DNA from: Antedon mediterranea
Taxonomy: Eukaryota > Animalia > Echinodermata
Direction of reading: 5' to 3'
Length of the DNA stretch: 64,000 nucleotides
Assembly: GCF_964355755.1 (NCBI RefSeq)
Contig: NC_092672.1
Coordinates: 24,317,237 to 24,381,236, forward strand
Shown here piece after piece: positions 61,498 through 64,000 of the stretch. Both the position numbers and the translations under genes were made by a program. The notes under the pieces are model-generated. The model did not search any database. It worked only from the letters and a program-made list of their open reading frames with translations, and was not told the origin of the DNA. Positions within the stretch are counted from its first letter, which is position 1. Each line of letters opens with the position of its first letter.

Positions 61498-62790
61498 ATG
61501 GCCCTTACAGAAGAACAGACTGAACAACTAATCATAGAAGTGGAAAAGAATAGCGTCCTATATGATCTGTCAGACAAGCGATACAAAGATGTTCGACATA
61601 AAAATGATGTGTGGGATGAAATCGCTATTAAAGTTGGAGTTGAATCTGGTAAGCCTCTCAGTTTGACCTTAATGTGTTATGTATTAAATTATGTATAAAA
61701 CAGTAAATTAAGCTTGACTTATCAAAATTGTTTGACTGTATAGATGTAACTCTTTACACATACAGTAATATTATATATATTTTGTTGGTCAATGATTGAT
61801 GATGTACTTGGATTGGATAAATTGTTTTAAAAATGCTGTAGTAGCATGGACCAAAAAAAATATGGCAAAATTTGTTTACATTGTGTTCAATAAAACAACT
61901 TTATTAAAGCTGTATCTATAAATATAACAGAAACTGATTGCCATGTCATTTATCAATAGTTATGTACTGTATCAAATTATCCCAACAGTATTGCTTGCAA
62001 CATTTTTAATTTATAAACATCCCCTTTTTTCAGGTCAAATATTATCTAAGAAGTTTACAAATATCAAGGATGCCTATGTTGCATACTTAAGAAAAGTTGG
62101 ACAAATGAGTCGCAGTGGGCAGGGACTGGCTGGAAAGCTTAGAAAGTATAAGTGGGCTGACCAAATGCAATTTTTAAATGGATTTGTCAGTACAAGAAGG
62201 TATTATAACTCATTCTACTTTACATCTTTGAATAAACTCCCCTCCACTATGACCAAATATAGTTGTCGACTACATTTAAAATAAATTAATATAAGTGTTC
62301 ACATCAATTTTACACCAAAACTTTCTGACTTATTATATAGTGAGAACAGATGGAGGATGCACAGAGACATGAATTTGCAAATAACCTTGATCATTTGCTT
62401 TTAATGTTTTACAGAAGCACCAGTAATTTCAATTTGCCGGATGAGTGCGAAAATCTTCTCACTGCTATATTGGATGGTCGTGAGGTTATTCAAGACGATC
62501 AAGAAGGAACATCATCGGAAATTATTAATGAGGGTGATATTCCCAGTACCTCAAAACCAAAACATACTCCCGCAAAAAGAAAATTAGCCAAAAATGAAGA
62601 TGTGAATGCTGTATTAATTGATTATTTTTCAGGGAAAAAGGCAGGAGAGAAAAATGCATTAGCATATTTTTTTGAATCTGCATTCAAAACTGTTGAAACC
62701 TTCCCAAAAGTGAAACAAATCCAAATTAAAAAGGTAATTAGCGATGCGATTTTTGAGATTGAGACTGAACTTGCACAATGTGAAGAATAG
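61498..62790 (+). CDS. Harbinger MADF (Myb/SANT-like) plus BESS-like DNA-binding protein, 3 exons
   Basis: Exons 61498-61648, 62034-62199 and 62415-62790 are phase-consistent: LIIEVEKNSVLYDLSDKRYKD...WDEIA..KKFTNIKDAY...SRSGQG...YKWADQMQFL; C-terminal YFFESAFKTVETFP..QIQIKKVISDAIFE. Confidence 0.9.
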
Positions 62791-62814
62791 AAATTAAAAT
62801 AATAGCATTTCTAA

Positions 62815-62956
62815 AGCTCTGTCTACACTATCAAACTTTACGTGACAAAGAAAATGTGATATGCCCATATATGGACATGTTGACGTCATATAACTACCAT
62901 ATTTGGGCACATCACACTTTCTTCATTTACACTAGTTTGATAGTGTAGACAGATCT
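62815..62956. mobile_element. Harbinger (Tourist-like) MITE
   Basis: TAA|AGCTCTGTCTACACTATCAAACT ... AGTTTGATAGTGTAGACAGATCT|TAA. Confidence 0.88.
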
Positions 62957-62959
62957 TAA

Positions 62960-63383
62960 AGACCCCTTCCCTGCAATTTTGGACGTTTTTTGGAAAATAA
63001 TACATATATATCACTTTAAAAACATTAAACCATGTCATTCCTTGTCTTAAATGTACGTTTTATGGTAAATTATGATAAAAAGTGAGAAACAATGCACTAC
63101 CCGGTATTTTCGCTGAAAAGTTAGGAGTCTTCCATTTGTTTTGGCCTCACGATCGATCGAAAAGTGGGCAAATTACAGGTGAAAAACAAAAATATCAATC
63201 CGCGCGCAATGCATTTTGGGATTTATAGCGGGCCGCTATAATTATTAGAATCAACTTATTTTTCACATTTTTAACCGTTTAAAGACGAAAAAAGTTATCG
63301 CAATAGGACCATATAGTATTATTTTTACATTAAATATAGTTTGTGATCTTAAATTAGATCTAAAAAACGTAGTGAAGGGGGCT
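62960..63383. mobile_element. Kolobok MITE
   Basis: TTAA|AGACCCCTTC ... GAAGGGGGCT|TTAA; related internally to 56270-56861. Confidence 0.82.
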
Positions 63384-63490
63384 TTAACATATGTACTAGT
63401 ATAATTTGATTTTGATTATTAAATACAGTAGTAGCACACATCTTGCTGTTTGGTATACTGTGTACTTTCGTTTAGGTTGGCATATTTTAT

Positions 63491-63885
63491 TCAGTTTGCT
63501 GCCGCATGACCAAAACATAAACGGTCCTGCCACGAGACAATACCAACATCAGAACTGAACCATTTACACAGTTTTTCTCGGACGTCAATAGCGTCTTTGC
63601 TACTGTGGAACCCACTGTGCTCCAAACTGAGTAGGCCTTCTACTGATTCTATTGATGATATATCTGGATCATCTGACCCCATTGGTGTTGGCCCCGTTTT
63701 ACGTATAAAATTATGCAGGACTGTTGCACACAGTACAACTTTGTCCACGTTGGCCGGCTTCAGCTCCAGCTTACGATGAAAAATGCGAAACTTGTTGGCC
63801 AGGATGCCAAAGACATTTTCAGAGATTCGCCTAGCACGGCTGTGGCGGTAGTTGTATATCCTTTTTTCTCTGTCAAGTTTTTTAC
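63491..63885 (-). CDS. Harbinger DDE transposase (HARBI1-like), last exon
   Basis: tttcag|KKLDREKRIYNYRHSRARRISENVFGILANKFRIF...VVLCATVLHNFI...VREKLCKWFSS..G.VSWQ. Confidence 0.92.
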
Positions 63886-64000
63886 CTGAAATATAAATAA
63901 TTCTATTTAATAATTCTTTATGATGTGTTGGTGTCAACAAAGTATTGCTATATTTTTTTAGACCTGCCACCGCAATAAATAATAAAATAAAAATCAGTCT

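Larger units (their letters stand above)
59996..64000. mobile_element. PIF/Harbinger transposon with two convergent genes; right part outside the window
   Basis: TTA|AGCTGCTTTCACATCG start; MADF-BESS gene on + and DDE transposase on -. Confidence 0.8.

Overview
AT-rich eukaryotic genomic DNA with GT-AG introns, probably from a marine invertebrate such as an echinoderm (inference from repeat and gene content). Most of the window is nested transposable elements and minisatellites. One host gene fragment is well supported on the + strand (about 10.4-16.2 kb): phase-consistent exons encode a Roco-type COR region and two death-effector-like domains, then either a hydrophobic tail anchor or a disabled death-domain exon. 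Mobile elements, left to right: a Kolobok end carrying a decayed P2X7-ballast-like (KolX) gene; a TIR element with 4-bp TSD (two copies) holding an inverted Penelope with two hammerhead ribozymes and a hAT; Kolobok MITEs; a Helitron inside a satellite; a young full-length Gypsy LTR retrotransposon (24295-31976) with a 5-bp-TSD hAT-like element in its 5' LTR; a Helentron/DINE-1-like element; LINE fragments; an Academ-like element; tRNA-derived short elements; and a Harbinger with MADF-BESS and DDE genes running off the right edge. Coordinates were read by eye and family assignments come from motif recognition, not database searches.
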